A DNA stretch of 64,000 nt from the NCBI GenBank assembly GCA_964582615.1, contig CAZORP010000005.1, positions 11,994-75,993 on the forward strand. Reading direction: 5' to 3'. Position numbers and translations under genes: made by a program. Every line of letters starts with the position of its first letter. The first letter of the stretch is position 1. Source of the DNA: an uncultured Gammaproteobacteria bacterium. GTDB lineage: Bacteria; Patescibacteriota; Patescibacteriia; UBA9934. A model generated the notes under the pieces. The model searched no databases and was not told the DNA's origin. It worked only from the letters and a program-made list of their open reading frames with translations. Positions 20,801 through 30,310 of this stretch are shown in pieces.

Positions 20801-21355
20801 ATTTATACCGACCTTGTAGGAAATGTTAGTTGGGAGGTAACTCCAGAAAATTTCCCTGTTCGCACATGGCATCACATTGCCGCAGTTTTTGAACCTTCCG
20901 GAACAAATCCCCTTACGCTTTATGTTGATGGCGTAGCTGTTGCCGAAGGTGGCAGTTCTGGACCCTATGTCACGGAAGGATTCTACGAATCCCCTCTTGC
21001 GCTTGGCGGTGCGTCATTGACGCTTCCTGTGGGGACGATGCGCTTGTTGGAAGACTTGATGATGTATTTCTCTTCAATCGAGCACTGCAAAGCGACGAAG
21101 TCCTCTCCCTTATGGACGCAGGAGAAAATCCCTACACGAATCTTACCTACCCACTTGATGACGGTGAGTACACTATTCAAGGTTTCGTTATTGATGGCGG
21201 TGGCGACATGGAATCAACCTCGTCGCGGTCATTCTTTGCAACATACACCCCTCCTGTATACAGCCTCTACGTTGACGATGACTACACGCCCGAAGGAGAA
21301 AATGATGGTCATGTTTGGGGAGAAACAGCATTCGCGGATCTTGATAGCGCGCTAG
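17885..21355 (+). CDS. Giant secreted surface protein B, 5' part: signal peptide, PA14 domain, parallel beta-helix (PbH1) repeats and a LamG/ConA-like domain. The frame breaks by -1 near 21017; the last ~110 codons of this ORF are out of frame.
   Basis: Signal peptide MHFFKKFLSLFSLITLGILAVLHPTITHA. PA14-like DDGVKLYIDDELIFSSW...YYENGGGAGIIF. PbH1 repeats (NTISDNGWDWWDISGGIVV, NTLSQNSAHGIYIH). LamG core TLAGWVYIDED...TLYVDGVAV. Confidence 0.75.
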   Translation: MHFFKKFLSLFSLITLGILAVLHPTITHADPDTTPPSFVSAYITGDHSVTITYSETLWWNFSDAYANFTGDFAGKNIIAQSENSSSNHIVLIFDGPVFESNFSGTLDILAGEVQDFSGNAFGGLSGVLITRQPQATQVIWNDVDASRDFSGTDTLTVQFSTVMNESSITTENIDSRLGLSAGTFGTSAAGLSLSWDLMGDPSFSTLTITLGSDTTIVHGATINPSSSVTNSSGAPDATPSNLILSTDYYFAEFWNLPAESDESPAFPTGEPDYQSNSEEINFMWSEESPNPAINTDDFAARFTRTTTLTNNHYTFSFSELDDGVKLYIDDELIFSSWVDQGSASYNVEARITPGEHTIVLEYYENGGGAGIIFSMSGDTLADTVYVDSTYASELANDGHTWGYDAFSNIFSAISATAGNGTVHIGDAEWATSDSINLTFPITIDGEGAGITRIKNVSCTTVFNIQSSNVTIQDLTAGSYDGFGSDLCTSSDVIYAVGTSTTPISSISLSHVDLHGGDGGVYFGEYISDATVTGSTVSEAYTGIYLASSTDVTISGSTLENNTAEAIFFTLGSCEECSLMPPSMITIDDNLIQGNLGAGITLETGDTITISSNTISDNGWDWWDISGGIVVRGEWGETRSLTISGNTLSQNSAHGIYIHQPTDLEADAPTLSDNIIVRTGMNDADETYPATAGVTILASSVTCEGNSIGENSGSGIVLGSIDVYPENVTISTNILGSFTLPDTTSYGGNTANGLTVVHFAGTANSIHQNIIRDNALLAAENSNGSEIDLTLNYWGHFTGPFHSSEHMTGRGDTIGNDILFTPYNEGPETLTLNDPLVSFFSAPEDASEITDATLGVVLETSASRDQHAAFVSRNDDLLAFWRFENMGPNEGSLSIPMNVGGADPYLYQGHYGSSAKFDGVSALFANESILSSRPEFTLAGWVYIDEDVLSGQRRGFFGENNAFEVGFDTDHLTIYTDLVGNVSWEVTPENFPVRTWHHIAAVFEPSGTNPLTLYVDGVAVAEGGSSGPYVTEGFYESPLALGGASLTLPVGTMRLLEDLMMYFSSIEHCKATKSSPLWTQEKIPTRILPTHLMTVSTLFKVSLLMAVATWNQPRRGHSLQHTPLLYTASTLTMTTRPKEKMMVMFGEKQHSRILIAR

Positions 21356-24300
21356 AAATCGCAACGCCAAACTCAACGATCACCATGGCATCGGGCTATT
21401 ACGAAACTGTTCTTGGTTACGATATCACTCTCGAAGGACTCACCATCGAAGGCCCTGAAGACATGAGTGCACGTATCGTAAATCCGCTCTGCGGGGATGT
21501 TTTTAACATCTACGCACCATCGGTCACCATCACCCACCTCACCCTCGAAGAACGCGATGGCGATGGAGCGATCTGTGAAGAAAATGAGGTCATAAGCCTA
21601 TGGCATGATCCTGAAAGCATATGGGACGCTTCGTCTGCCGAAATAAGTTACAACGTCATCACGGGAGGTTATCGAGGAGTATATCTCTCAGGACACATGG
21701 AGGACGTAACTATTACATCAAACACCATCTCTGAAAGTACATATGGCATTCGATCTTACGGTGGAAAACGAACAGTTATCGACGATAATACTATTATAGA
21801 AAATTTTATTGGTATTCGTTTTGATGACCATGACTGTAGCGAGGAAGGCTGTGAAAGTTATCCCGAAGACGTCATCATTCAATTCAACAACATCAGCTAT
21901 AACGACGAAGACGGTCTTAATCTTGACGAAGGAAAACGAACCATCGTTTCGGGCAATGCCTTCTTCGAAAATGGTCATGATTCTGAATTTGGAGGAGGAA
22001 TCTACATATCCGACATCGGACTTGATGGAACAGAAATTGATACAAATACGTTCATCAACAACGTATCTTACGGTATCTACATCTCTGCTGAGGAAACCAG
22101 CGCGGAAAGCCCTATATCTATCACGAATAACACCATTCTTCAAGACACCGTAGGTGAGGATACTCGCGGAATTGATGTAAATGGAGACTATATTTCCATC
22201 ACCGAAAATAGTATCGCCGGCTACGCTGAAGGAATTCGCGCCTGCAGTGACTATCTCAATACTGCAACCATTTCCGAAAATACCCTCGGAGCCATCACTA
22301 TCGAAGATACAAGTTTCCCCGGAAACACCATCGGACTAGGCATGTACTGCGGAGACACTGTCACCGTTGAGCGTAATACCTTTTCAGGAAACGAAGTCGG
22401 TCTTCATAACTTTTCAACAGAAACCGTGACCGCTCAATACAACTACTGGGGTGCGGCATCAGGACCAACAAACCTCACCAACCCCGAGGGATCCGGAGAT
22501 CAGCTCAATGAAAACGACGGCATCTTCACTAATCCTTATACTTACGGAGAAGAAGATGGAACGTATCATTTCCTTGTAACACTTTCCGCTCCCAACAACA
22601 ACGTCATCTACCGTCCCTTCTTTAGCGATGAAGAAATGACTACGGAAGTCACCGGAGAAAACATCCCCTTCACGTTAACTCGAGCAGGCGTTAGCTTTGG
22701 AGAGTCCTCCGTTGAAGAGTCCACCTTAGCGCAAGAGGACAGCGAAGGTCTCCTCTTTGGAGAATATACCTTCACAAGCGACAGCCCACTTTCCTGTGGA
22801 AGATCTTATCTTTACCGCTACGATGCAACGCTTAACGATGAGGTATTCCTTTCAACAACGGAAACCTTTATCGCCGATGCGTGTACCGATAACGAAGGAC
22901 CTGAAATCGTTACTATTTCAGCAGAAGCAGAAGAGACGACCGCGACGCTCTCCTTTGAAACCAATGAACGATCGTCGTACCTTCCTCGAATTGGCACACA
23001 CCTCGATCTTCTTGAAGAACTCTTCCTTGAGGACGATGCATTTACTACAGCAGAACATACTGCAGAATTTGATGAACTTACCCCCTGTACGAAGTACTAC
23101 GTCACTCTTGAACTCTCTGACAGTCTTGGAAATGTCTCAACAGATACCGTGGCAGAATTTACCACGCAAGGATGTCCCGGAAATGCAGAAATGGTGAATA
23201 TTGGAACGGAAATTTTTGACCCCGAAGAAAGCGAATTGTTTGGACTTTCCGCCGAAGATTTCTCAGCCAGCATTTTCGCAGATGAAGACTTCTTCATTCT
23301 TCCCACCGCCTTCCAAATGTCACTCTTTATTGCCGATGAAGTTTTTGACGGTATGGGCGATCCCGCAAGAACAACACTCGCAAGCTCACACCTTGCCCAA
23401 GTGAATGCTTTCGTTTTTGGAACCAATCTTGTAGAAACCCTAAGTGAACCCATTTCCGTCAGTGTAAACTACGACGCCGAACTCGTTCCCGAAGAAGATC
23501 TTGAAAAACTCTTCATCTACAGCTATCGCAACCATCACTGGAGTAAACTCTCTGACTGCACCACGGACACCGAGGAATATCGCATTACATGTACTACCGA
23601 CGAGCCCGGGCTCTTTGGAGCTTTTATCCAGGAAGATCGTCGATCGTCATCATCAGCACCAGCAACGCCTCCTCGCGTCGTTTCGGAAACCCCAGAAGGA
23701 ACCGTGCCAACCTGCACCCTACCTCGAAAAACCACCTCACTCAACATCCCCTTCTCTTGTACCGCAACGGGAAGCTCAACACGTTCCATGAGCTTTACCG
23801 AAACCTACCAAGGAAAAACATCCTTATCCTCTGGTCGCTACACTTCCAAAGATACCCTTCTTCTTCGCGAAGGCGCCGGAGAACACACCATTGTCATCAC
23901 ACTTACATCACAGACGGGAGAAATCCTCACCCTACCCACGTTTACCGTCACGGTAGAAGATGCCCACGGACAGATCTCAACATCATCTCAATCCCCCATC
24001 CACCGCGATGACGCAACATCTTCCTACGACACCTCTCGTCAACGATTTGTTGCAGAAGATTCTGGAGAAGTAGATAGCTCAGGTCGAGCATTGTCACGTG
24101 TTGCTTCAGGATGGTTTGTTCGCAGTGAACAGTTCTCAACGGTGTACTACATTGATAGCTCTTATGTACGTCATCCACTTTGGGATACACAAACGTTCTT
24201 TACATGGGCAGATTCATGGGATGACATTACCTGGGTTACCGATGCTACCCTTGCAACCATGCCCCTTGGAAAGCCAGTGCTTCCTAAGTCTGGAGTGGTG

Positions 24301-24552
24301 CTTGTGAAACTTGAGAGTGATCCTTCGGTATATGCGGTAGATGAAGATACTTCAGGAAACAGTATCCTTCGCCGCGTTCCTTCCGAAGAAGATGCTCGTG
24401 CACTCTTTGGATCTTCTTGGCAGTCGTACGTCATTGATATTCCTCCTACGATCTTCCCTCACTTTGGTAAGGGATCTCCCCTGACCAAGGATGAGGCATG
24501 GGATGCGGGAGGGATGCTCTCTCGCGCACAGATTTCCGCCGCATCGTTATAG
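20930..24552 (+). CDS. Giant surface protein B, 3' part: completes the LamG domain (..GRLDDVFLFNRALQSDEVLSLMDAGENP), then more PbH1 repeats with NYWG..SGP motifs, Ig/Fn3-like domains and the shared C-terminal domain. The frame is open from ~20930; the first ATG is at 21112.
   Basis: The canonical LamG terminal motif lies in the +2 frame immediately after the break. Beta-helix repeats follow (NTISESTYGIRSYGG, NNISYNDEDGLNLDEG). Confidence 0.75.
23989..24516 (+). repeat. 528-bp perfect direct repeat, copy 2 (3' module of giant gene B)
   Basis: Identical to 15309-15836. Confidence 0.95.
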
Positions 24553-24587
24553 ACGTTTTTCCGCACACGTGGTACATCTGAGTCTCT

Positions 24588-25853
24588 ATGCGCCAACGCG
24601 AAGCACTTGCACTCATGTGTGCGGGAAATAATATTTTTCTCACAGGAGAACCGGGATCGGGGAAAAGTCACACCCTACGAACGTTCTGCGCATTTCTTCG
24701 CGCAGAGCATCGCAATTTTGCGGTAACCGCAAGCACCGGAATTGCCGCAACGCACATCGGAGGAACCACCATTCACGCGTGGAGCGGCATTGGTATCGCA
24801 AAACATCTCACCAAAAAAGCCTGCAAAGACCGAGGAAAAATCAATGGCTGTGCAAAGCGTATCGCAAATACTGAAGTCCTTATTATCGACGAAGTTTCCA
24901 TGCTTGATGCACAAGTTCTCGATACCGTGGATCTCATGTGTCGCGTACATCGCACCGCAGATCTCCCCTTCGGAGGTATGCAGGTTGTTTTTGTTGGAGA
25001 TTTCTTTCAACTCCCTCCTGTCGCACGTCACGATGAACCTCCTGCAAAATTCGCATTTCAAAGCGATGCATGGCAATCTCTCGACCTGCAGATTTGTTAT
25101 CTTGATGAACAGCACCGACAAGAAGACCCTCTTTTTCTTGAACTTCTTCGCGATATCCGCAAAGGGTCACCCACCGCAAAGCATCTCGAAACATTACAAA
25201 CTCGCATTCGAAAAACCGCACCAGAACATACAAAGCTTTTCTGCACCAATCTTGATGTCGACACCATGAACGCAGAGCATCTTTCCCGCATCAAAGAACC
25301 CCTCAAGGCTTTCACCATGACTACATTTGGAAATCCAAAAGCGATTGAGCAATTACAACGAGGATGCCTATCCCCCGAACGCCTTGAGCTGAAAAAGGGA
25401 GCTCGCGTCATGGTGACGAAAAATCTTCCCAGCAAACGATTGGTTAACGGAAGTATTGGTATTGTGGAAGATTTCGCAAAAGAAACTCACCTACCTCTTG
25501 TGCGATTTCCTTCCGGATCTCTTGTAAGCTTTGAACCCGAGGTTTGGAGCTTTGAAGGAACCAAAGAGGAACAAGCGAGCATTCGCCAAATTCCTCTTCG
25601 ACTTGCGTGGGCTATTACCATTCACAAGAGTCAAGGCATGTCACTCTCCGAAGCGTATATCGATCTTGAGAAGACGTTTACCTACGGCCAAGGCTACGTT
25701 GCTCTTTCTCGCGTGCGCACGCTGGCAGGCATTACACTTAAGGGAATTTCACCAAGAGCTCTCGAGGTGCATCCGGATATTCTTGTTTTCGACAATCACC
25801 TTCGCACCGCATCAAAAACCCTTGTGCCACAAAGAAAGAAGACGCTTTTTTGA
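24588..25853 (+). CDS. PIF1/RecD-like superfamily-1 DNA helicase
   Basis: Walker A FLTGEPGSGKSH; motif II LIIDEVSMLD; VVFVGDFFQLPPV. Confidence 0.8.
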   Translation: MRQREALALMCAGNNIFLTGEPGSGKSHTLRTFCAFLRAEHRNFAVTASTGIAATHIGGTTIHAWSGIGIAKHLTKKACKDRGKINGCAKRIANTEVLIIDEVSMLDAQVLDTVDLMCRVHRTADLPFGGMQVVFVGDFFQLPPVARHDEPPAKFAFQSDAWQSLDLQICYLDEQHRQEDPLFLELLRDIRKGSPTAKHLETLQTRIRKTAPEHTKLFCTNLDVDTMNAEHLSRIKEPLKAFTMTTFGNPKAIEQLQRGCLSPERLELKKGARVMVTKNLPSKRLVNGSIGIVEDFAKETHLPLVRFPSGSLVSFEPEVWSFEGTKEEQASIRQIPLRLAWAITIHKSQGMSLSEAYIDLEKTFTYGQGYVALSRVRTLAGITLKGISPRALEVHPDILVFDNHLRTASKTLVPQRKKTLF

Positions 25854-25917
25854 GGAAAAATCCTTATTTCATGCATGAATTTGAAAAAATGCCAAAAATG
25901 TGGTATACTAAAAAGTT

Positions 25918-26769
25918 ATGCATGAACAGCCAAAAAACACTCAAGATACTCTCACTCAAGAGACTCTTCTTGTAAAAGACGCAATCAAAATTCTTCGAGA
26001 AAAACTAGGGACAGCCTCACACCAAACCCTCAAACAAAGCCTCGTGGGACTTAGGTCAACACCAGGCTTGAGCGAAGAAGTTATTCGGGATCTTCAAGGG
26101 GGAAAACTTACCCAACGCGTTCTTGATGCCATCATCGCCATGCGCCCAAGCCTTCGTCCTGAAGGTTTTTTGGGTATTGATGAATTCTGTACTGCAGTTG
26201 GCTGTTCTCCAGATGAAGCAAAGATCAACGGTCTCCTTGATCGCTTTATGAAGCTTTACGGAGATTCAAATGTACTAAAAAGCTTTGATGTGTGGAGAGC
26301 CGGGGGTCATCGCTTTCCAGAAATTGGCGTCTTTGCTCGGTCTCCAAAAAATGGCTACGAAACATTTTTCTTTGCACCGGAAAGTGTCAAGTTATTCAAG
26401 GAATTCATAAAAGAGCATCGCAAAAAGCAAAAACTTCCAACGCAACCACCACTTCAGAACGAAGGAGTCCCCCTTCAAGAACTCACGGGAGCTATATATT
26501 CCCCTTCGAATCCTTCAAAAAAATTACCGGCAACCTTCGTAGCAGAAAGACCAGAAGCAAGTCCAAATCAACCCGATCGCTCACCACTCATAAACCGATG
26601 CTCAAGGCTTCTTAATGAAGACAATCGCTTAAAAAACTTACACTCTGATGAACGAAAGCGTGTTGCCGAGATTCTTGCACGACTCAACAAGCAAGAAGCC
26701 ATCGATCCTTCAACTGGAAGATTGCTCGCGCAACATATTGCAAAAATAGAAAGCCGTATCAAGGCTTAG
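25918..26769 (+). CDS. Hypothetical protein (283 aa)
   Basis: ATG ORF followed by the terminator at 26815-26841. Confidence 0.5.
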   Translation: MHEQPKNTQDTLTQETLLVKDAIKILREKLGTASHQTLKQSLVGLRSTPGLSEEVIRDLQGGKLTQRVLDAIIAMRPSLRPEGFLGIDEFCTAVGCSPDEAKINGLLDRFMKLYGDSNVLKSFDVWRAGGHRFPEIGVFARSPKNGYETFFFAPESVKLFKEFIKEHRKKQKLPTQPPLQNEGVPLQELTGAIYSPSNPSKKLPATFVAERPEASPNQPDRSPLINRCSRLLNEDNRLKNLHSDERKRVAEILARLNKQEAIDPSTGRLLAQHIAKIESRIKA

Positions 26770-26814
26770 CAAGTCGGGAATATAGCTCTTTTCGCTAAGC
26801 GGAATTTTATGCAC

Positions 26815-26841
26815 AAAAACCACCCTACAGGGTGGTTTTTT
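26815..26841 (+). terminator. Intrinsic terminator
   Basis: aaaaacCACCCtacaGGGTGGtttttt. Confidence 0.75.
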
Positions 26842-26897
26842 GAATCTTATCTTTACTTTATAAGAATAAAAAATCACTGAACATGTCAGTGATTTTT

Positions 26898-26972
26898 TGG
26901 TGACTCTACCGGGAATCGAACCCGGATTTAAGGCTTGAGAAGCCTCTGTCCTAACCGTTAGACGATAGAGCC
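26898..26972 (-). tRNA. tRNA-Glu (anticodon CUC), CCA encoded
   Basis: Cloverleaf folds by hand: acceptor GGCTCTA/TAGAGTC, anticodon stem GAGGC/GCCTT with loop TTCTCAA, T-arm CCGGG-TTCGATT-CCCGG. A hairpin terminator lies at 26868-26897. Confidence 0.85.
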
Positions 26973-27072
26973 GTACGAGAAGAGTGTAGCAAGGTCATGA
27001 AGTTTTCGCAAGATCTCCCCCTCCACAGGGGCTATAGAAAAAACTGATGGGATTTTGTTATAACTGATACCT

Positions 27073-28902
27073 ATGTGTGGAATCATTGGATTTATTGGAA
27101 ACGACGATAGTATTACCTATCTTCTTGACGGTCTTACCATTCTCGAAAATCGAGGATACGACTCCGCGGGTGTTGCAACCATGAGCCACAAAGGCGACAT
27201 GATGATTTCAAAGTTCGCAAGCAAACATGAACAAACTGCAAATGCAATCACACTGCTTCGTGAACACGCAGGAAAGCATACCGGACACAATGTAGGCATT
27301 GGTCACACAAGATGGGCTACCCATGGAGGAAAAACGGATGCCAATGCGCACCCGCATACCGATGAAAAACTTCGCGTAAGCGTTGTACACAATGGCGTCA
27401 TTGAAAACTATCACACGCTAAAAAAGGAGCTTCTTGGTAAAGGCGTCTCTTTTGTTTCAGAAACTGATACCGAAGTCATCGCGCAACTCATTGGCGCATA
27501 CCTCGACGAAGGTCTTTCCCTTCCCGAAGCAATCCGCACAACACTTTCTCGCTTGGAAGGAACATGGGGCCTTGCCATTATTTCACCCCTTGATCCAGAA
27601 ACCATCTTTGTAGCAAAAAATGGCAGTCCACTATGTATCGGTATTAGCGAAGGAAAGATGTTTATCGCCTCAGAACCTGCGGCATTTGGCATGATAACGC
27701 GAGACTTTATCGCCCTTGATAACGGAGAATTTGCCATGGTTCGCGCAACCGGAACAGAACTTGATAAAACACGCATCGAGCAAGCTCCACTGGACACCAT
27801 TAGTACCTCACCAGATCCTCATCCCCATTGGACTATTAAAGAAATTCTCGAGCAACCAGAAGCTGTCCATCGAACACTCAATTATGGAGCTCGACTTCTT
27901 GGGGATACTCAAATAAAGCTTGGAGGACTCGATAGTCATGCAGACGAACTTCTTAGCATAGACCACCTTGTCATTGCGGCATGCGGCACGAGCTATCACG
28001 CGGGAATGTACGGTGCACTTGCCATGCGTGCCATGCAGGCATTTTCCACGGTACAAGTAGTTGATGCATCAGAACTCACACCTCATCATTTTCCCAAAAA
28101 AGGCGCCGGACTTCTTGTACTTTCTCAGTCGGGAGAAACGAAAGACACCCACCGTGCAGTGATCCTTGCGCAAAACATGGGAATTCCCACCTTCTCCATT
28201 GTAAACGCTGTTGGTTCGCTCATTGCTCGAACAACGGGATGCGGCGTCTATCTCAATGCAGGAAGAGAACACGCAGTTGCATCAACAAAGGCCTTTGTGA
28301 CACAAGTAACCGCACTTGAACTGACTGCGGCATGGTTCTCGGAACGACGCGGTCATGAACTCTCCCGAAGAAAAGCTATCATTCACGACCTTCGAAGGCT
28401 CTCAACAAATCTCTCTACAACACTTGCCACGCGAGAACATTGCGCAGATATCGCCAAAAAGCTCCTTCCCCACGAACACGCATTCGTACTTGGAAAAGGT
28501 CCGGGAGAGAGCATCGCCAAAGAAGGAGCTTTAAAGATCAAAGAGATCACCTACCTTCACGCCGAAGGCTATGCGGGAGGAGCACTCAAACACGGTCCAT
28601 TTGCACTCATCAGCGAAGGAACACCGGTTATACTTCTTGTTCTTGATGACGCTCACGGTAATCTTATGCGCACCGCCGCGGAAGAAGTTCGAGCTCGCGG
28701 AGCGTATACCATCATCATTACCGATAATCCAAAGCTTGCCGAAGGCATTGCTGATGACACCATTCTTATACCTCACGACGGATCACTCACTGCACTTCTT
28801 GCAACAATCCCCCTCCAGTATCTCGCTTACGAGCTCGCGGTCGCAAAAGGCATTAATCCCGACAAGCCAAGAAATCTTGCAAAAGCCGTTACCGTCGACT
28901 AA
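27073..28902 (+). CDS. glmS: Glutamine--fructose-6-phosphate aminotransferase
   Basis: N-terminal MCGIIGFIG (Ntn Cys), two SIS domains, 609 aa. Confidence 0.95.
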   Translation: MCGIIGFIGNDDSITYLLDGLTILENRGYDSAGVATMSHKGDMMISKFASKHEQTANAITLLREHAGKHTGHNVGIGHTRWATHGGKTDANAHPHTDEKLRVSVVHNGVIENYHTLKKELLGKGVSFVSETDTEVIAQLIGAYLDEGLSLPEAIRTTLSRLEGTWGLAIISPLDPETIFVAKNGSPLCIGISEGKMFIASEPAAFGMITRDFIALDNGEFAMVRATGTELDKTRIEQAPLDTISTSPDPHPHWTIKEILEQPEAVHRTLNYGARLLGDTQIKLGGLDSHADELLSIDHLVIAACGTSYHAGMYGALAMRAMQAFSTVQVVDASELTPHHFPKKGAGLLVLSQSGETKDTHRAVILAQNMGIPTFSIVNAVGSLIARTTGCGVYLNAGREHAVASTKAFVTQVTALELTAAWFSERRGHELSRRKAIIHDLRRLSTNLSTTLATREHCADIAKKLLPHEHAFVLGKGPGESIAKEGALKIKEITYLHAEGYAGGALKHGPFALISEGTPVILLVLDDAHGNLMRTAAEEVRARGAYTIIITDNPKLAEGIADDTILIPHDGSLTALLATIPLQYLAYELAVAKGINPDKPRNLAKAVTVD

Positions 28903-28910
28903 GCCATCAA

Positions 28911-28943
28911 AGAAAAAACCATGCATCAAGCATGGTTTTTTAA
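28911..28943. terminator. Bidirectional intrinsic terminator between glmS and the convergent Mur ligase gene
   Basis: aaaaaaCCATGCatcaaGCATGGtttttt. Confidence 0.8.
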
Positions 28944-28953
28944 GAGCGTTTTC

Positions 28954-30264
28954 TTATTCCTGCCAAGCGGCATCCTGTCGCACGAGCAACTCTTCAGCGC
29001 GAAGAGGTTCGGCCATGATGTCTTTCACCACACGCTCCATGCGCATACTCTGAGAACCCTTTACCAGCACAACATCTCCCCCTTGAACATGGCTATCAAG
29101 GTAACGACCAGCTTCGCGACTATCCTTAAACCACTCAACCGCATCGCGAGGCATTCCTGCGGCAATAGCAGCATCAGCCGCGAGGCGCATTTGAGGACCG
29201 ACAGCGATAAACATCTGCGCAACTTCAGCAATGCGACTTCCAAGCGCACGATGCTCCTCTTCGGAGCGAGGACCAAGCTCGGCCATATCACCAAGACACG
29301 CAATGTAGCGATCACGCGTCTCTCCCGGTGTAAAGGCGGAAAGCGCATCAAGTCCCGCGCGCATACTTGCAGGAGCCGCATTGTAGGTATCGTCAAGAAT
29401 GAGCGAACCTCGAATTCCCGCCAGAGGACGCAAACGACCCGCCTCGGGATTAATGCGCTTCTCCATTTCTCGCACCGCCTCTTCAAGAGAAACGCCGTAA
29501 TGTTTCGCGACGGCAACACCTGCAAGTACTGTAGAAATCACCGTCTCAGAAATACAATTATCCAGCGTCAATGAAACCCGTTCTCCTTCGCAACTAATCG
29601 TTGCGGTGAGACGTGCAAATGTTTCTGTTGGCATAAAAAGCCCATCACCGTCTTTGCGAGTGTAGCACGCAATATCCTCAGCCATAACATCTGCAGGATG
29701 ATGAATAGCGTACGTAACAACGCGCGCAACAAAACGTGACGCCATGGAACGAACGTCCTCATTGTCAACATTGAGCACAACAAGGCCTTGAGCATCAACC
29801 GCCTCACCAAGTGAAGCCTTCTCTTGAACAAGCGCTTCATACGAGGGGTAGTTCGCAAGGTGAACGGGAGATACCGCGGTAATTACCGCAACTTCAGGTC
29901 GAGCAATGTCAACCAAATGAGCAATATCTCCGGGCTTATCGGCGCCATACTCAAGTACGAGATAATCGGGCATATCTTCATAGCCCATATTTCTCCAAAA
30001 CAACTTCAACCACTCCCAAGCATTTTTTCCGGGACTTTTTTCTCCAAGAATAGCCAAGGGAACTCCAAGTTCATTATTGTAATTTTTATACGGAATACGA
30101 ACACGAGAACGACTTGAAAGCGCGTGAGCAATAGCATTGCGCGTCGATGTCTTTCCTACAGATCCCGTAACCGCAATAACGTGAGGCTTATGTTCTGCAA
30201 GATGCTTTTTCGCTAGACGAGCAAGAGTTTTTTCAAAAAACGTTGGCATAGATGCCCGTAGCAT
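28954..30264 (-). CDS. Mur ligase family protein, MurF-like, lacking the usual N-terminal domain
   Basis: P-loop VIAVTGSVGKTSTRNAI only ~30 residues from the start. C-terminal LVKGSQSMRMERVVKDI is typical of MurF. Confidence 0.75.
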   Translation of the reverse strand: MLRASMPTFFEKTLARLAKKHLAEHKPHVIAVTGSVGKTSTRNAIAHALSSRSRVRIPYKNYNNELGVPLAILGEKSPGKNAWEWLKLFWRNMGYEDMPDYLVLEYGADKPGDIAHLVDIARPEVAVITAVSPVHLANYPSYEALVQEKASLGEAVDAQGLVVLNVDNEDVRSMASRFVARVVTYAIHHPADVMAEDIACYTRKDGDGLFMPTETFARLTATISCEGERVSLTLDNCISETVISTVLAGVAVAKHYGVSLEEAVREMEKRINPEAGRLRPLAGIRGSLILDDTYNAAPASMRAGLDALSAFTPGETRDRYIACLGDMAELGPRSEEEHRALGSRIAEVAQMFIAVGPQMRLAADAAIAAGMPRDAVEWFKDSREAGRYLDSHVQGGDVVLVKGSQSMRMERVVKDIMAEPLRAEELLVRQDAAWQE

Positions 30265-30310
30265 AGCACTTTTGCTAAAAAACCCTAGACTCTGTTCACA
30301 AGAGTCTTAT

